From: Eutreptiella sp. 'Long Island Sound 2002'
Lineage: Eukaryota; Protista; Euglenida
NCBI GenBank assembly: GCA_964036045.1
Contig: OZ038378.1
Location: forward strand, 3,286,001-3,350,000
Direction of reading: 5' to 3'
Length of the DNA stretch: 64,000 bases
Below, in pieces: positions 1 through 13,800 of the stretch. The notes beneath the pieces are model-generated. The model did not search any database and was not told where the DNA came from. It saw only the letters and a list, made by a program, of their open reading frames with translations. Numbering within the stretch: position 1 is the stretch's first letter; each line of letters starts with the position of its first letter. Position numbers and translations under genes: made by a program.

Positions 1-484
1 GGACTGCCTGCGGCTGAGATTCCGTCAAGGCCGGAGGTCTACAATCAGAGCACAACCGCGTCAAGTTACAATCCTGACCACAAATGCGTGGTCAGGGAAC
101 ACCAGGACAGCAACGGTTAGACGGGGTCCCGGGCTTCGAAAAGTGCATGCACGGGGGGGGGGGGGTATGGATCTCCTCCATGGCGCTCCAGGGCCCCCAA
201 CACATATCCCCTGATTGTACCGACCGTGTAGCTTTTTTGGGCTTTGAGGAGTCTTTTAAGGGGCCGTCCTTGAGGGGGCTGTGCCCAGGCAACTGCAGTG
301 CAAGGAGCAGGGGAGGGCGCGGGGGGTGGCTGGGAGGGCAACTGCAGATATCTTATATCCAAGTGCAGAAAATCAGCACCTGTCTCCGATGATTGAGCAG
401 CTTCGCAGCGCTGAGGCCCTGGGGTCTGGGGCCTTCGGATGCATGCGCGCGTGCGTGTGCGTGTGCGTGTGCGTCTGCCTGCAG

Positions 485-816
485 GCTGACGTGGCATGGC
501 CCACGGGCCCTGCACCCTACTCCTCCTCGTGCGGTGCGCACCCAGGCCCCCACGCCGCCCACGTACCCCGCACCAGCTCCAAGGTGACGTGTGGAATGAA
601 ACCCTCCTCCCGCCCCCCCGGCCCTCAGTCCCCTCACCCCTTCGCTCTCCCCCCCCCCCCCCCCATCTCTGCGTCCGGCATTCCCGTGCGCAGTTGGACG
701 TCGTGGAGTTAAGTGATGCGGTCCGCAAGCGTCTGCCCGCCGAATGCTGGCCCCGCAAGCCCGGCCGCACCCCTGCCCCGTCTGCAAGTGCCCTCCACAA
801 GCCCCACTGGCGGTAG
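485..816 (+). CDS. Probable last two exons of an unknown gene entering from the left (exons 485-583, 694-816)
   Basis: ctgcag|GCTGAC...TCCAAG|gtgacg is 99 nt, phase 0-0. It joins gtgcgcag|TTGGAC...TAG in frame: ADVAWPTGPAPYSSSCGAHPGPHAAHVPRTSSK-LDVVELSDAVRKRLPAECWPRK...HWR*. No family recognised. Confidence 0.4.
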
Positions 817-3729
817 CGCGGTGCACGGGGGGGCAGTGGCGCCGCCTCCTCCTTCTCCGCGGTGCCCCCCCCCCCCCCCCTTCCGCACTGCTGAGCAGCC
901 TGGGGCCGTTGACGCAAGAGGGGACGGCCGGGTCCCCCACCGCGCGAAGGCCGGACCGCTTGCCTCAGTGCCATGGTCCTGCTCGTGGGCACAGGACATT
1001 TGCGGGTGCCACCGAATACACGACGACCTGATGCCCCTGCGACTGTTTGCCGAACGGACCTCCTATGTCCCGAGCTCGTGGCGTGGAATGGGCCTCTTCT
1101 GGGGGGGGGGGGGGGGAGGTAGGGGAGGGGCTGCGCACTTAACATACCCCAGAATTCCTCAGTACTGCCCGCCTCCCAATGGCCTGGTCGCGTATCCCAC
1201 AGCAGCGGTGTTGAGCACCCTCCAAATTGCGGTGTGTTCGGAATGACTGAATGTGAAGCGTGTCTGTCCGGGCGTGGGAGGGACGCCATGTGGCAGAAGC
1301 AGCAGCTGTGAGCAGAGGGACCACTGCCCCACTCTCACCTCCTGAAAGACCTTTCCCCCGTGGCGTTACATGTCCCACATCGGCAGATGTCGTGGAGATC
1401 TGCCTCCGAACTTCACGGTCTTGGGAAAAACTTCAGGTGAGGCATGCCGGCCGGCTAAAGAGGGACTCCGAGGCGCTGAAGCAGCACCTGTGGGCAAAGG
1501 GACACCCGCCCCACCCTTACCGACGAAACATAGTTTTCGCCACATTCTTTGGACACGTCGACGATTCCAAGTACCAACCGGCATACCCCCCCTTCCCCTG
1601 CTCTCCGGAGCCTCAAGATTCCGCCAAGCGCCAGACACCGGATGGCTGATATGCTGTGGGATGTGGGCGCCACGTTTTTGCATCCCCCCCCCCCCCCCCG
1701 GCAGACCCAAGGCTTGCTGCAGGCACATCTATCAAAAGAGAGTTTTTGTGACGCCCGGAGGACACCCTCAACCCCTGCACTTGGGAAGATGTGCACACAT
1801 TTATAGGCCACATGGCCATTGACTGGTACTGCATCGTATGTGCGCAAGATCGGGTTGGCCCTGGTCTCTGCCTCCGTTGCCGTACCAAGTCCCGGGTCCG
1901 CACTGAGGCTGCGTCTACACCCTCTGCGATGGCATCGGCGCGTCTTGTTTCCAGCGCCACACCAACACACCCCGTGTGCCGTTGCTCCATCCCTAAGGGC
2001 GTAGCCCCACGCACATGCGCGTGCACACGTGATGCCTCACACACGACGATTCGCGAGTGTGTGGACTGCGATCCGGTGCGGGAGGCCGGTCATGTGGCGC
2101 CCCAGAGACGTACCTTTTGCGTCCGTTCCTTAGAACTGTTGTCCTCCTCTGGGGCACCGCCGTGACTCAGGGCCCCTCTGCGGCTCCATTCATCCCCCCT
2201 TCCCCCACCCCCTCATTGTGCCTGCCCTGCATGACCCCGAAGCATAGAACCCCCTGTCCCGCACGCGTTGTGTTGGGCGGTGCGGAGGGGGCGTGCCTGT
2301 TTGCGAACTGGCCTTTCATAGCCTCTGTACATTTGAGGAGGGTACCTTGCGCCTCAGCCCTTCCGCCTGGTGTTCGATGGCAGTCAGGCGCTTTGCACAG
2401 CCCTAGAGCGCCGCCGCCATGTGGTTTCACAAGTGTGCCCCTGGACACTCCGTCAATGCCCCCGGGCTTTTCCTGACCGCATTCATCAGTGCTGTGAGCA
2501 CATGTTGTCACGCTTGGGGGGCCTCCTGACGTGTCACTTCCAATGGCACCGGAAGGTGGATCAGGAGTCGCACACCCCAACCTCTGTGCTGTCCCCATGT
2601 ACCACATGCTGGAGGGCGGCTGTCACGCCATTGCTGTGATGGCTTAGAATCGATCACAATCGCTGTGATAACCGCTGTTCCCGGATTCTCTAGAGTGCCT
2701 GGACTGTGGAGCATTGCTTTGCTGGTCCAGACCTGTACCCCAATGCACATGATTTGGAGATTGCTGTTGCAATGGCCGATGTGCATTGAAGTGCCGATTG
2801 TTGCCCAGGGCAGACGGGGGTCAGGATAGGGCATGGCGTGGGGTCAGAAGCTGTGGCAGTTGAGAAGGCGGGGGGCCTGAGATGGGCCGATGGCGGCCTG
2901 GCGGGCCCCACTGACATGGAAGCAACTGCACAGAGTGGGTCGTGACAAGGGGCAGGGCAGTGACAAGAACGAAATGGACCCAGGCCCATCCAAAACGGCG
3001 AAGGGAGCAACGGGTGACTGTTCAGGGTCTGTGACAAGCCAACAGGACGATGTCACACAGGGGGGGGGCCACTGTCTGAAGGCTGGGGGGGGGGGTCGAC
3101 AGTCCAAGAGGTCGGGTCCCAATTTGCCATTGTACGAATTTTCCACTTGCAAATATGTTGAACCCCTGATTCAAGGTTGCAATCTGTGAGAACAATGTGC
3201 GCGGCGGTGCTTGGCTGTGTTGTGTCACAAGCGGTGGACGTGTTGGTGCAGACAACAGTAGCAGGGAATAGAGAGAGAATGTGTAAAGAGCATGTGTTCC
3301 GCGATGGGATCTTTAAGACTCCCCTAGAGAACATCCCGCTGTCCCACCGGATCAGTGGGGGTTCCCATATGGTAGCGATTTTGACACCTTGGTGCCTTTG
3401 TGTCAGGCATTGTTGTTGTCGCCAATGTTGCAGGGCGGCACAAGTGTTGCATTAGAAGCATTCATTAGGTCTGTTGTGTGTGTTGTTGTCCATGCCATTG
3501 CAAAAGGGTACCCAATTTTGGCAATATGGTGATACATTTGGGGTACCCTGCTCGACGGTGTCCATTGCTATGTCATCTCCCAGAACCTGATGTCCATATC
3601 AATAGAAAGGGAGCACTAGGTGCAGTCACCCTCACCACCGTCTCTCAATTGACCCGGCCTCATCGCACCACCTGAGCCTAGCAGCTCATCCCCACTATTG
3701 CGACAGTCAAGTATGCTATCAGCATTGGT

Positions 3730-5126
3730 TTCACACCCGCCTAGTTAGAGGAGTTGAACACAAAGGTCTTGACGAGGTGGTAGAGGAAGAACGAAGACAG
3801 GCATGGGCCATGCACAAGAAGCGCTTGAGGGAAGGCTTAGATGGGGTTGTCGAACATTGTGGGGGTGTAGTATTGTTTCGATAGGCAACATTATTCCTAA
3901 TTACTCTAAAATTCCCCAATGTTGCCCTATAAACTGTGCGCTGTGCGGGCACTGTACACAATTGCCCCCAATCAGCCCCCTCAAGCTGTGGGAGTTAGCA
4001 CACTTATAAGAAGGCAGTCCGAGGATCCATAATGACTCCAAAGTCGGAGGAAATTTGGAGATTTGCTCCATGATACATCCCTTCAAATGAGCTGGTGTTG
4101 TGGACATCATTTTGAGCGGTAAATGTTGGGGTACCACGACCCCCCCCTCCCCAACGTTTTCCCTGCCTCTTGGCCCCCATACATTGAACCTTGTATAGTG
4201 GGGAGAGGTTCTTGAAAACAGGCTGAGGCCTCATTCCCTGTACAAATCTTTCTTCCACAGGGTCAAGCAAGAGGCACAAGCCAAGGCACGAGAGGAGAGG
4301 TCCAAAGCAAAGCAAGAACAAGCAAAAGGGCAAAAAAGGGAGAGGGAGGAAAAGGCAAGACACTGGAACCTAGATCCCAGCAACAAGCCGAGGGTCGTTG
4401 ACACCGAAGCTCAAGTTGTAGTCAACATGTCTGCTTCGCCTATTTGCTTTGGTAGGCGCAGAAACATCCCACTGTAGCTCACAAGATGATGGTTGCTTGG
4501 CCCCTTGGCCATATTCAGCTTCCAACATTGCGTTTCTGCCCCCCCCCCCCCCCGCCCCATTGCCAAACCAGCAACAATATTAGGAAAGGTGTCACAGAGT
4601 GTCAGAGAACTCGACTCTGGGGCACGACCAGTGGCAGGACTCGAGCAGATGGAATTTGGGTCTTGGAGGTGGAGCAAGAGGTAAAGGAGGCAAAGGATAT
4701 TCGCGGCTTCCAACCGCTCCTTCCAAGGACCGTATCAATGAACAATTGCCACTGCAGGCACTGTAGGGCCCTGGACTGCGTATCACTGAATTTCGTCCTC
4801 CGCAGCTGCAAAGATGTGTTGGTCGAACTGGTTCACTGAGCCAGCATATGACAAGCATGTGCATTAGGATGATCTTACTCCTTGCAAAGCAGAACAAGAA
4901 GTGGGAAAACAATGAAATCCATAAGAAGTGCATCAATCTAGATGGGTACGGATCCGGTCCATATGATTGGATCTTGGTGCAGGACACCTATCCCCCAAAT
5001 TCTCAGCATTATTTTGCCAATCACAAGACAGTGATCGGCAAGGCTAATCATTGTTACAGCAGCAGCAAGCCTCAGCATGTCGGCGGTGGTGGCTGGGACA
5101 ATTGGAATGTTGGCTCTAAGTGGTGA
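3730..5126 (+). pseudogene. Fragmented coding-like segments of unknown origin (decayed gene or element)
   Basis: Protein-like patches in shifting frames: GLDEVVEEERRQAWAMHKKRLREG (~3770-3850), Cys-rich WGCS...CALCGHC (~3860-3960), charged VKQEAQAKAREERSKAKQEQ (~4262) and NKKWENNEIHKKCINLDGYGSGPYDWILVQ (~4890). They could not be joined into one model. Confidence 0.3.
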
Positions 5127-6808
5127 TAACAAGAGTGCGCAATTATGGTTGATGTGGCAGGTGTTTTTTTTTCTAGGTCTCCTTTTCCCCAGCTCTGTCA
5201 GGCAGATTCTTTTGCACTGCTCTCCCTGTTGTTGCAGCTCCCTTTGGTTCCCCTAGCAACGGCAGCCAGCCTTTTGAATTTCTCTGGTTTTCTGTTTCAG
5301 TAATGGCAACATCGTGCCCTGTCAGAAGATTCCATTCAGCAATGGCCACATTGTGCCATGATGAAAGATTCCCATGATTTGCTTTTGGTGGCACTGGCAA
5401 CTTTACAAGATTCCTCTGTGCCTAGCCTTACTTAAGTAACCAAGTTCTCCACAATGGATGCTAGTATTCGAACGTGGTGTGTCATGTTTGTTGAGTCCAA
5501 TAGCCCATGAGTACCCATGGCAGCTTTGACCCTTGAGTGCCAATTCTGCTTTCCTGGTGTCAGGTATTCATGAAATCGTGCTACTATATGTGTGGCTCAT
5601 CAACAAATATATATTTGGGCAGCGAAGCATCAACAATGCACTGCATAACGTTTCATGAAATTTGGTTTGATCATCTGCTATTGGCGAGTGGAGAAGATCA
5701 ACACTCATCACATTCCCAATAGGTTTTTCAACTTCCACAGCAAGCCTTGGCCACCCCTAATGCCAATGTACCCTTCCGGGGAAAAGGGATGGCCACGCTA
5801 CTCGACATATTAAGGTGATTTGTCAAACTCTGGTCTTTTTTGGCCCGTGGGTCACAGTTGCAGCAATGTCTTCAAAATTTTTTTCTTAGGATCTGCAGAT
5901 TCTTTTAGATCGATCTGCAAAATGAGAGCCAGGCTACCCATTGATGCTTTTACATTGGGGTTTGGTGGAAAAAAAACCAGCAGATCTACGGACAGGAACA
6001 CAGTGCTCTCAGCCAATGAGCAAAATGTGCAACTTGCCAAATGGCCTTGCCCCTGTGGAAATGATGTGGGCACTAGCCTCGCTCAGAACTGGGCGTAGTG
6101 TGCTGCCTGCGAGTTGTGTATGACGGTTGCTTTAGACTCATCGGTGACATCCCTCACAAAGAATGTCAGGGGCCCACACAGTTCTGGACACGTCAGTTGG
6201 CAGGTCTTGGCTTATCGGCAAATCACCCGATTGTACCAGTCGCGCTAAGTGGTACCACATACCACAGAGAACATCCGGTGACACAAGTATTATCAGAAAA
6301 TGGATCAAAAAGATTTAATAAGCACACACTGCATCGTATTTTCGGAATTCGTTAAATCTTTCAGTCATAACAACCAGCGTGGACGGTGTAGATGATATTG
6401 AAGTCGGTGGTTGCAACAGTTACCCTGGCACCATGGAACATGAAGATGTTGCAACATTTGGCTACTATTGGCTGACGCATGGGTTGCAAATCTGCCATTG
6501 CGCCGTTATCATCCAATATTGCACGCCAAAGGCATATCTTGTCACTTTAGATGAGTATTTCATGGAGTTTTGGGGCGCTAAGGCCCCCAAAGTGGCTACA
6601 GACATGCCCCTATGCTCATATCAGTGCCCTCGTGCTCGTACCAATTTCCCTCATTCAGTTCCTCCCCTGCACTCCCCCTCGTCCCATCCCCGCGCCCCCC
6701 ATGCATTCAAGGCAATTCTCTTTAAATTGACGTATTAGTCCTGCGGACTACTCATTAGATTTTTCGATACGTGCGCGTGCGTGCGCGAAGGCAGCGGTTT
6801 GAACGGTG

Positions 6809-6838
6809 CTCTGCTTTTGTTTCGTCTTCTCCTTGTAG
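6809..6838 (+). promoter_or_regulatory. Putative spliced-leader trans-splice acceptor of the HPP gene
   Basis: Pyrimidine tract ctctgcttttgtttcgtcttctccttgtAG ends 12 nt before ATG 6851. Confidence 0.65.
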
Positions 6839-6850
6839 TGCACCGTTCTC

Positions 6851-8580
6851 ATGTCAACCCAAGCGCACGAATCGTTGGTGCAAGTCGAGGATGGTCCCTA
6901 CACAATGGCGCGTTTCGTAGCAGAATTCTCGTTTTGCTTGACCACTGGCTTTGCCGCGATTGTTCTTTTGGCGGACGACCCGTCTAGCCCCACCACGCTT
7001 TACACACACGGAGTGGTTGCGCAGCCTACAGCAACAACGCTACCACATGTCGCTTACCCGATCCACCAGGACAATTTGCGTGCCTCAACAATAGGGCACA
7101 GCTTTGATCGGCCTGTTCGATTCGTGTCGTCGAGTGCTGCTTCACAAAGGCAAGCCATGCCGACCCAATATTCGTTGCAAGCTCCACGACAGGCAAGCGC
7201 TTATCGTGCGCTCAATGCTCTCCTTGTTGGGGCCATCGGGGGGTCCATATTGGGTCACGTGGCACAAAAGCTTTTCTCCTTCAAGTGTCACGCCCCAACT
7301 CAATCCATTGCAATGATGTCGGCTAGCGGTATGCACCATGCAAGTGCATGATTTGTTCGCTCGTGCATGCCACGTCCCCAACATTCGACATTCTTCGGCG
7401 GAGTGGGGGCGGGTGTGCAATGATGCGGGTGTGGCAGAATCGTGAGTAGTGTAAGACTCCCTCATGTGAGCCTTGGCACTCACACACTAAACTATGGCCA
7501 AAGGGCAATGGGAACACGGCATCACGCCCTGACATGAAGAGAACTGGTCGAGAGGCACGAGGAGAGCACATGGCATGCACGTGCACATGGCGCACGGGAA
7601 CGGTGCCTAGGACGGACGGTATCATGGGACTAAGGCATTGGTGCTCGTGGTGTTTTGAGGCTTTGGCAGGTCCATGATTTTTTGAAGCTGACGAACCTTT
7701 GCTCGCTTGCACTGCATTTTGTTGCAATGGGACTGCACCCCAACACCACATGCACCCTCCACGTTGGTATGTATCGTGAGGATGAGGCAGAATACCCAAG
7801 CCCGTTCCATTGACCCAAAATCACGGTCGGACGGCCGTTGTCAACGGCGGGAACTCCCGTCGGGTTTTCACTTCGTGGGGACCGGCCAAACACGTTGCCG
7901 TTACGAGATGCTCCGTGGATCGCGTTCGGAGAAGAGCCCCGCCTTGGCCGTTTCTGAAAGACGGAAAGTTCGGGTTTAAGCTTTGCGTCGTTTGTGTGCA
8001 CGTCCATCGGCTCAACCCGGCGCTACCTTGCTCTTTAGGTTATTTCCCAAAGGCAGGTGGTTTGACAGCAGTCGTGGATTGGTTCAAGCCTCGTGGCTGC
8101 AAGCCCAAAGATTTGCTGCTCCCCGTCCTCGGCACCATGCTGGGGTATCTTGCGCTGCACGTCGTCGACAGCCTCCTCGCCGCCACTGTCCCCGGTGCGT
8201 CATGCTTCGTGCCGCACCTCGGGGCTGTCGCGGTGCTCCTCTTCTGTGCGCCCGCGGCACCCTTCTCCCAGCCCCGCAACGTGTTGCTCGGCCATCTCGT
8301 TGCCACCCTCGCGGCTGTTCTCTCCTTCAACGCCCTCGGGACCACCCTCCCCTTGTCCCTCGGTCGCGGCGCCAGCCTCGCGACATCCATCGTCGCCATG
8401 CAAGTATTCGGCGCGCTCCATCCCCCTGCCGCCGCATTCGCTGCCCTCTACTACGGCTCCGCCCCCCTGCACGACCTCGGATACAAGGTCTTGCTCTACC
8501 CGGGCCTGGTCGGGGCCGCCGTCCTCCTCGTCGTTCAAAAGGTCGCCATGAAACTCATTGAGGCTTTCAGCTCCGAGTAG
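6851..8580 (+). CDS. Plastid-targeted HPP-family integral membrane protein (NitM/NITR2-like nitrite transporter candidate); exons 6851-7328, 8039-8580; 339 aa
   Basis: Exon 2 has the HPP-family motifs PHLGAVAVLLF..PAAPFSQPRNVLLGH and GALHPPAAA. Exon 1 is a hydrophobic segment, an S/T/A/P-rich spacer and a second hydrophobic segment (euglenid class I-type presequence). The phase-1 GT-AG intron 7329-8038 joins them in frame (478+542=1020 nt). Confidence 0.9.
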
Positions 8581-10559
8581 GCAGGCCAAATGGTGTGGAG
8601 GTGTGAAGCAAGGGGCCTGTCTCGGAGGCATGACGACAAGAGGAGGTGACATTTGAGGAAGCGCACCTGCTCCACCGCACTCCCCCCCGTCCTGTGCGTC
8701 GCCCTCCTGCTCGCTTCCTCCCAGGTCGCTGGGCTCCCTGATGGCGCCTCAGGCATGTCCATGACTCATACAAGCAAAAGCCCACCAATCCCCTTTCTGT
8801 CTGCAAGCTGCGGCTACACTCCGCAGTCCATCATTCTCAGGGCAGAGAGAGCTCGTGCACGAGGATGAAACAGACATGGCCCCCGTGGGGTCAAATCTCT
8901 GGCCTGTCGTTGTCCCAACATCCAACAGCGCCTGTGCCTCACAGCAATGTGTGGCGCAATGCAGCAGTGTGGTGCCGCTTACGCACAAGCAACCACCACT
9001 AGAAAACGTCAAGAACCCTTCCGCTGATTTTTTTTGCACACGTGTCTTTCTGTCCCACCTCAAAACTTCGATCTAAACGGCACGAAAACATCAAAAGCTG
9101 GGGTGGAGGGGGGGAACGCTTCTGCACACCATTGCTCGACCAAGGCGGAGGAACGGACAGCATTGACCTGTAGCCTCCTGGCCACCTACCCACTCACCCA
9201 GGACCCCGCTTCTTGTGGTTTGCAGGGAGAGGGGTACCCAGGCTGGCCGATCAATTGGCACGCAGTCATTCTGGTGTCACCATGTCACACAAGGCTGGGC
9301 GAGAGCGATTTGATCACGGGGATTGCAGCCTTGAGCTTAGGCAGGGGGCCAATGGGACACCTTTGCGAACAGCACCACAAGTGTAATACATCGAACTTCC
9401 AAGTGCTGTATCATCACATATCACTATCCCCTTCAAGTCTGCGAAGTAATATTTACACGCACTCCCCGAAGCACTGGTGCTTGATCATGAATGTGGCTGT
9501 GGCCGCCGTTTTCAGCACTTTACTTTCTGCCACTTTCGGGAAAAACTGAAGTCGGTGGCACCTTCTCATTGGCGTCAGGCGCAGTCGCCGCTTACATCAG
9601 CCGGAACTCATTTTTGCATCATCACGTGTGAACTCGGCCAGGGGGAGCCCCGCCCCACTCCCCCTTTTCCTTTCCACCACTTTTCCTTGTCTTCCACCCA
9701 CAGTGGTTGTCTTCCATGTAGTTGTGGTTGCACTCGCCCAACTACCCTGTAATTGCGTTCCACCACCCACCTTTCCTTTCGGGGATGAGAAGCATCGCCC
9801 CCATATGACATTGACTACATCTTCCAGAAACAAGAAGAGACCCTTGGCATGGCCACAGAGGGTACCGAAGTAGATGAGAAAGTTTATTTGTGTACCCACC
9901 CCGGTCTAATACCTTGTTGCTACTACCAACACTGGCATCACCGGGTCATTGTGCAGGCCCGGTCACAGAAACAGTCGAGATATGTGGGCCAGGTTGCACT
10001 TTATATATCTTTTATGCACGAAAGACACACAGCTCTGCTGTGCGATGAGGGAGGGCCATGATGTTTTCAACCACCGTATCACTTCCAGACATCCTTTCTA
10101 TTACCACGCTGTGTTGTTGGGTTGCACCTGAAAAGGGAAATATGTGGTGCATGGTTGATCTAGAAGGCCTCTCCTAAACATTGCCCTAACCACATTGTGG
10201 CCCTTTGTGTGTTTGCTGGTTGGCGGATGGAGCTCAATGCCTTCCTTGGGAACCCTCATGACCCTTTGTGAACAGTGGGTCACAATCAATAAAGTTTGAA
10301 GTGCATGTGCCCGATTGCCCAAGTGTTTTGTACTGTGGGATACGAATGAATGGTCTCATCATGCAGCATTTGGGGGATGTGGGAAAAATTGGTCAGTGCA
10401 CACCATAAACCCAAAGGATATCTGATATCTTTTGGTGGCATGGTGTGCCATGCAGGTGCACACCCCAGAATCCAAAACAAAGAGCTCAAATCAAAAACAC
10501 TCACATACATTCCTATAATATCCGGCAACTTTTTGTATGCTGAAGGATATCACCTCGAA

Positions 10560-10770
10560 GAGAGGTTGTAAGATCAGGCGCGGGTGCGGGCGTCCTACAA
10601 CCCCCCCTTTTGGGGGTCGCGTAGGATACCCGAAGATATGGAATCAGACGTCTAACCCCTTGTAAAACCATCATTTTGGGACAGAAAATGATCCCTCAAT
10701 GACTTTTTCGATTTTGACCTCCCCCCCTACCCCCCCCACACCCGGGTATCCTATTTTTTTGGGGGGGGGG

Positions 10771-10805
<35 letters not shown>

Positions 10806-13800
10806 TGTGGGTGGGTGGGTGGGTGGGTGGGTGGGTGGGCTGGGGGGGTGGGTTCCAAACCTTCTTTGCGCATTGCGGCCACTGTGTGTGGATTTTGATT
10901 TTGATTTGGACAACTTTTTTCTTGTATATGGGCCCCCTAACCCATGGCGGGGGCCCAGGTCAAAACTCCGGGTACCCCCCGGTTGGCCCACTCTATGGGC
11001 CCTTGCCGGTGAGAACTCAGCCGTTTTCGCACTAGATCGGCTGGATAGGCTGTTAAGTGGCACCTGAAAATTTTTCAAACTTCGACTTTTTCTGAAACCC
11101 TTCTGTCGCCCCTGGGATGGGTTTTGGTGATCATTTGCTGACAATACGGGTACTTGAGCACCCATGGGGACCCACGCAGTGGCCGCTAGGCCCACGTAGC
11201 ACAGGCCGTGAGCCCCCCAAAAGCCCCAAAATTGCTGTTGTGTAGCTGTTCAGTGAAACTGAAAATCACCTCGCAGAGGTTGTTAGATCAAGGGCAGGCG
11301 TGCATGTAGGCGAAACCGCCACCTACCCCCCCCTCTTTTTGGGCATGTTCAAGGACCCGACCTCAAGGGCTTGAGTTGTTTGTTCAGCCCCTTGTAATAT
11401 CATGATTTTGTCCAACAACCGAATCCCCCAATCATTTTTTGGTCCGGACCCCCCCCCCCCCCCCCCACTTGAAACCCCCTTTTGGGGGTGTGTGGGAGTT
11501 TTTGGTGGGGGGAGTTAAAAAATGTCGAACAAACGACCCCCCCCCCTCTTTTTGGGTCAAAAATCACGAATCTTTTGGTTTTTCTTCGATTTTGGGCCGA
11601 AAAAGTGTTTTTGTGTCCCGGCTCCATAGGGTTTGTGTGCAGCGGAGTCAGACAAGCACGCAGTTTATGCAGGTTTTGGTCGCTTTTGCTATGTCGGCGT
11701 ATTTGGTGACCGTAGTGACCCCGTGGCACCCACTCTAAGGGTTGTAAGTGGGGATGCTGTGACAGCATATGCCTACTGGGATACAAAAGGATGTCTTTTG
11801 CCGTCTCTCTCCTTGCCCAGGGCCGGTCAAGGCCCGTGTGAAATATGCGAAGCAACTGTTCCCACCAATAATGGCGTACATGTTTGCATGGTGTGATACA
11901 CAACCTGCTGATGCAGTTTTTCACCCTCCGGAGCCAAAAAGTCATTTCGTAAAGGTTGTTAGATCAAAGCCAGGCGGGCCCGTATACATTGGAAGACACC
12001 ACATATTCCCCCGTTTTGGGCCCTTTTGGGCCCATTCGCGTACCCTACCCCAGGGGGTGTAGTTGTTGGTTTAACCCCTTGTGAAATCATTATTTTGTCC
12101 AGTAAACACATCCCCCAATGAGTTTTTGGTCCGGACCCCCCTTAGAACCCCCCCCCCCCCCACTTGAAACCCACTTTTTTGAGGCGTCATGAGAAGGGGG
12201 TTGAGGAGGGGGGGTCAAAAATGTCAAAAAATGACCCACCCCCTTTTTTATGTTGAAAATCATGAATCTGTTAGGTTTTTTTTTATTTTGGGCCGAAAAA
12301 GTGTTTTCGGGTCCCGACTCCATGGGGTTTGTATGGGGCAGAATGGGACAGGCACTTATGCAGTTTATGCAGATTTCTGCCATTTTTGCTATATCGCCGG
12401 TTTTGGCGACCTTGGCGACCCCTGTGGTACCCATTTTGAGGGGTAGTGACAGTATGTGCCTACTAGGATACAAAAGGTCGTTTTCCGCAGCCTGTAACCT
12501 TCCCTACGGCCGGCCATGGCCCGTGTAAAACACACAAAAGGACCGTTTCTGCCAATAATGGCCAATAATGCCAAACATGTGTGGACTGGTACACGACCTG
12601 CATTTTTTCACCCTGGGCAGCTCAAAATCGAACTTTCAAAAAACTTCGTTTTTTGATATCCTGGCCACCCACAATGATCACTCACGTTACGTAAAGCATG
12701 TTTTTGGCAGTATTTATGTGTTTTCAACCCTATTTGGGTGTTTGGTTGGGGAGGGGGGTCTCCCAAGGGACAGGTACACAACCTGCTTATGCAGTTTTTC
12801 ACCCTGGGCAGCTCAAAAAAAAAAATCGAAATCACCTTGTAGAGGTTGTTAAATCAAAGTTAGGGAGGCCCGTATCTCTGGGAAAACGCCACAGACCCCC
12901 CCCCCCTTTTTGGGCCTTTTTGGGTATCTTGCCTCAACGGGCTGAGTTGTTTGTTTAACCCCTTGTAAAATCATTATTTTGTCCAATAAAGGCATCCACC
13001 AATGAGTTTTTGGTCCGGGCCTCCCAATTGAAACCCATTTTTTTGCCTTTTTGAGGGAGTGGGTGGGGTGGGGTGGGGTGGGGGTCAAAAATGTCGAAAA
13101 AATGACCCCCCCCCTTTTTTGGGGGTCAAAAGTCACAAATCTTTTTTTTTTGATTTTGAGCCAAAAAAGTGTTTTTGGCACCGACTCCATGGGTAAGGCC
13201 CATGTGAAAGACGAAAAAAGACTGTTCCCACCAATAATCACTTACTTAGTCGCTTCCACTATGCGTTTTTGGCAACTTTACTGACCCCGTGTTACCCACT
13301 CTAAGGGGTGCAAGTGGGGATGTTGTGACAGTCTCTGCCTACTGGGATACAAAAAGGACGTTTTTTGCCGTCTCTAGTCTTGCAGAGGGCCTGTCAAGGC
13401 CCGTGTGAAATATGCGGAATCACTATTTCCACAAATAAGGGGTTACATGTGTGCATGGAGTGGTACACAACCTGCTTATGCAGTTTTTCACACTAGAGAG
13501 CTCAAACATCGAAGTTTCCAAAACTTATTTTTTTTGTGATAGTGTGACCACCCAAAAATGACCATCCAAGCTATGTAAAGCATGTTTCAGGCCGTATTTG
13601 TGTGTTTTTCACCCTGTTTGGGTAGTGGGTGCGGGGGGTCGGGGTTTCTCCCAAGGGACCGTTACACAAACTGCTTATGCAGTTTTTCACCCTGGGCAGC
13701 TCAAAAATTGAAGGTTGCAAAACTTTTTTTTTTATCTTGCTACCCCCTAAAATGACCAATCAAGCTATGTGAAGCATGTTTTGTGCAGTATTTATGGGTT
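10560..13800. repeat. Nested tandem array of ~0.7-0.9 kb degenerate units
   Basis: The head motif (g)aggttgt(t/a)agatca...ccccttgtaa(a)at recurs at 10562, 11276, 11952 and 12842. The sub-motif acac(a/g)ac(c)tgc(t)..tgca(g)tttttca recurs at ~11900, 12590, 12778, 13466 and 13666. Confidence 0.85.

Noticed and set aside
117-1289. 390-aa minus-strand ORF and similar long GC-rich ORFs (16066-17049, 27418-28395, 21786-22664)
   Set aside because: Low-complexity R/G/P translations running through G-tracts and repeats; no domain features.
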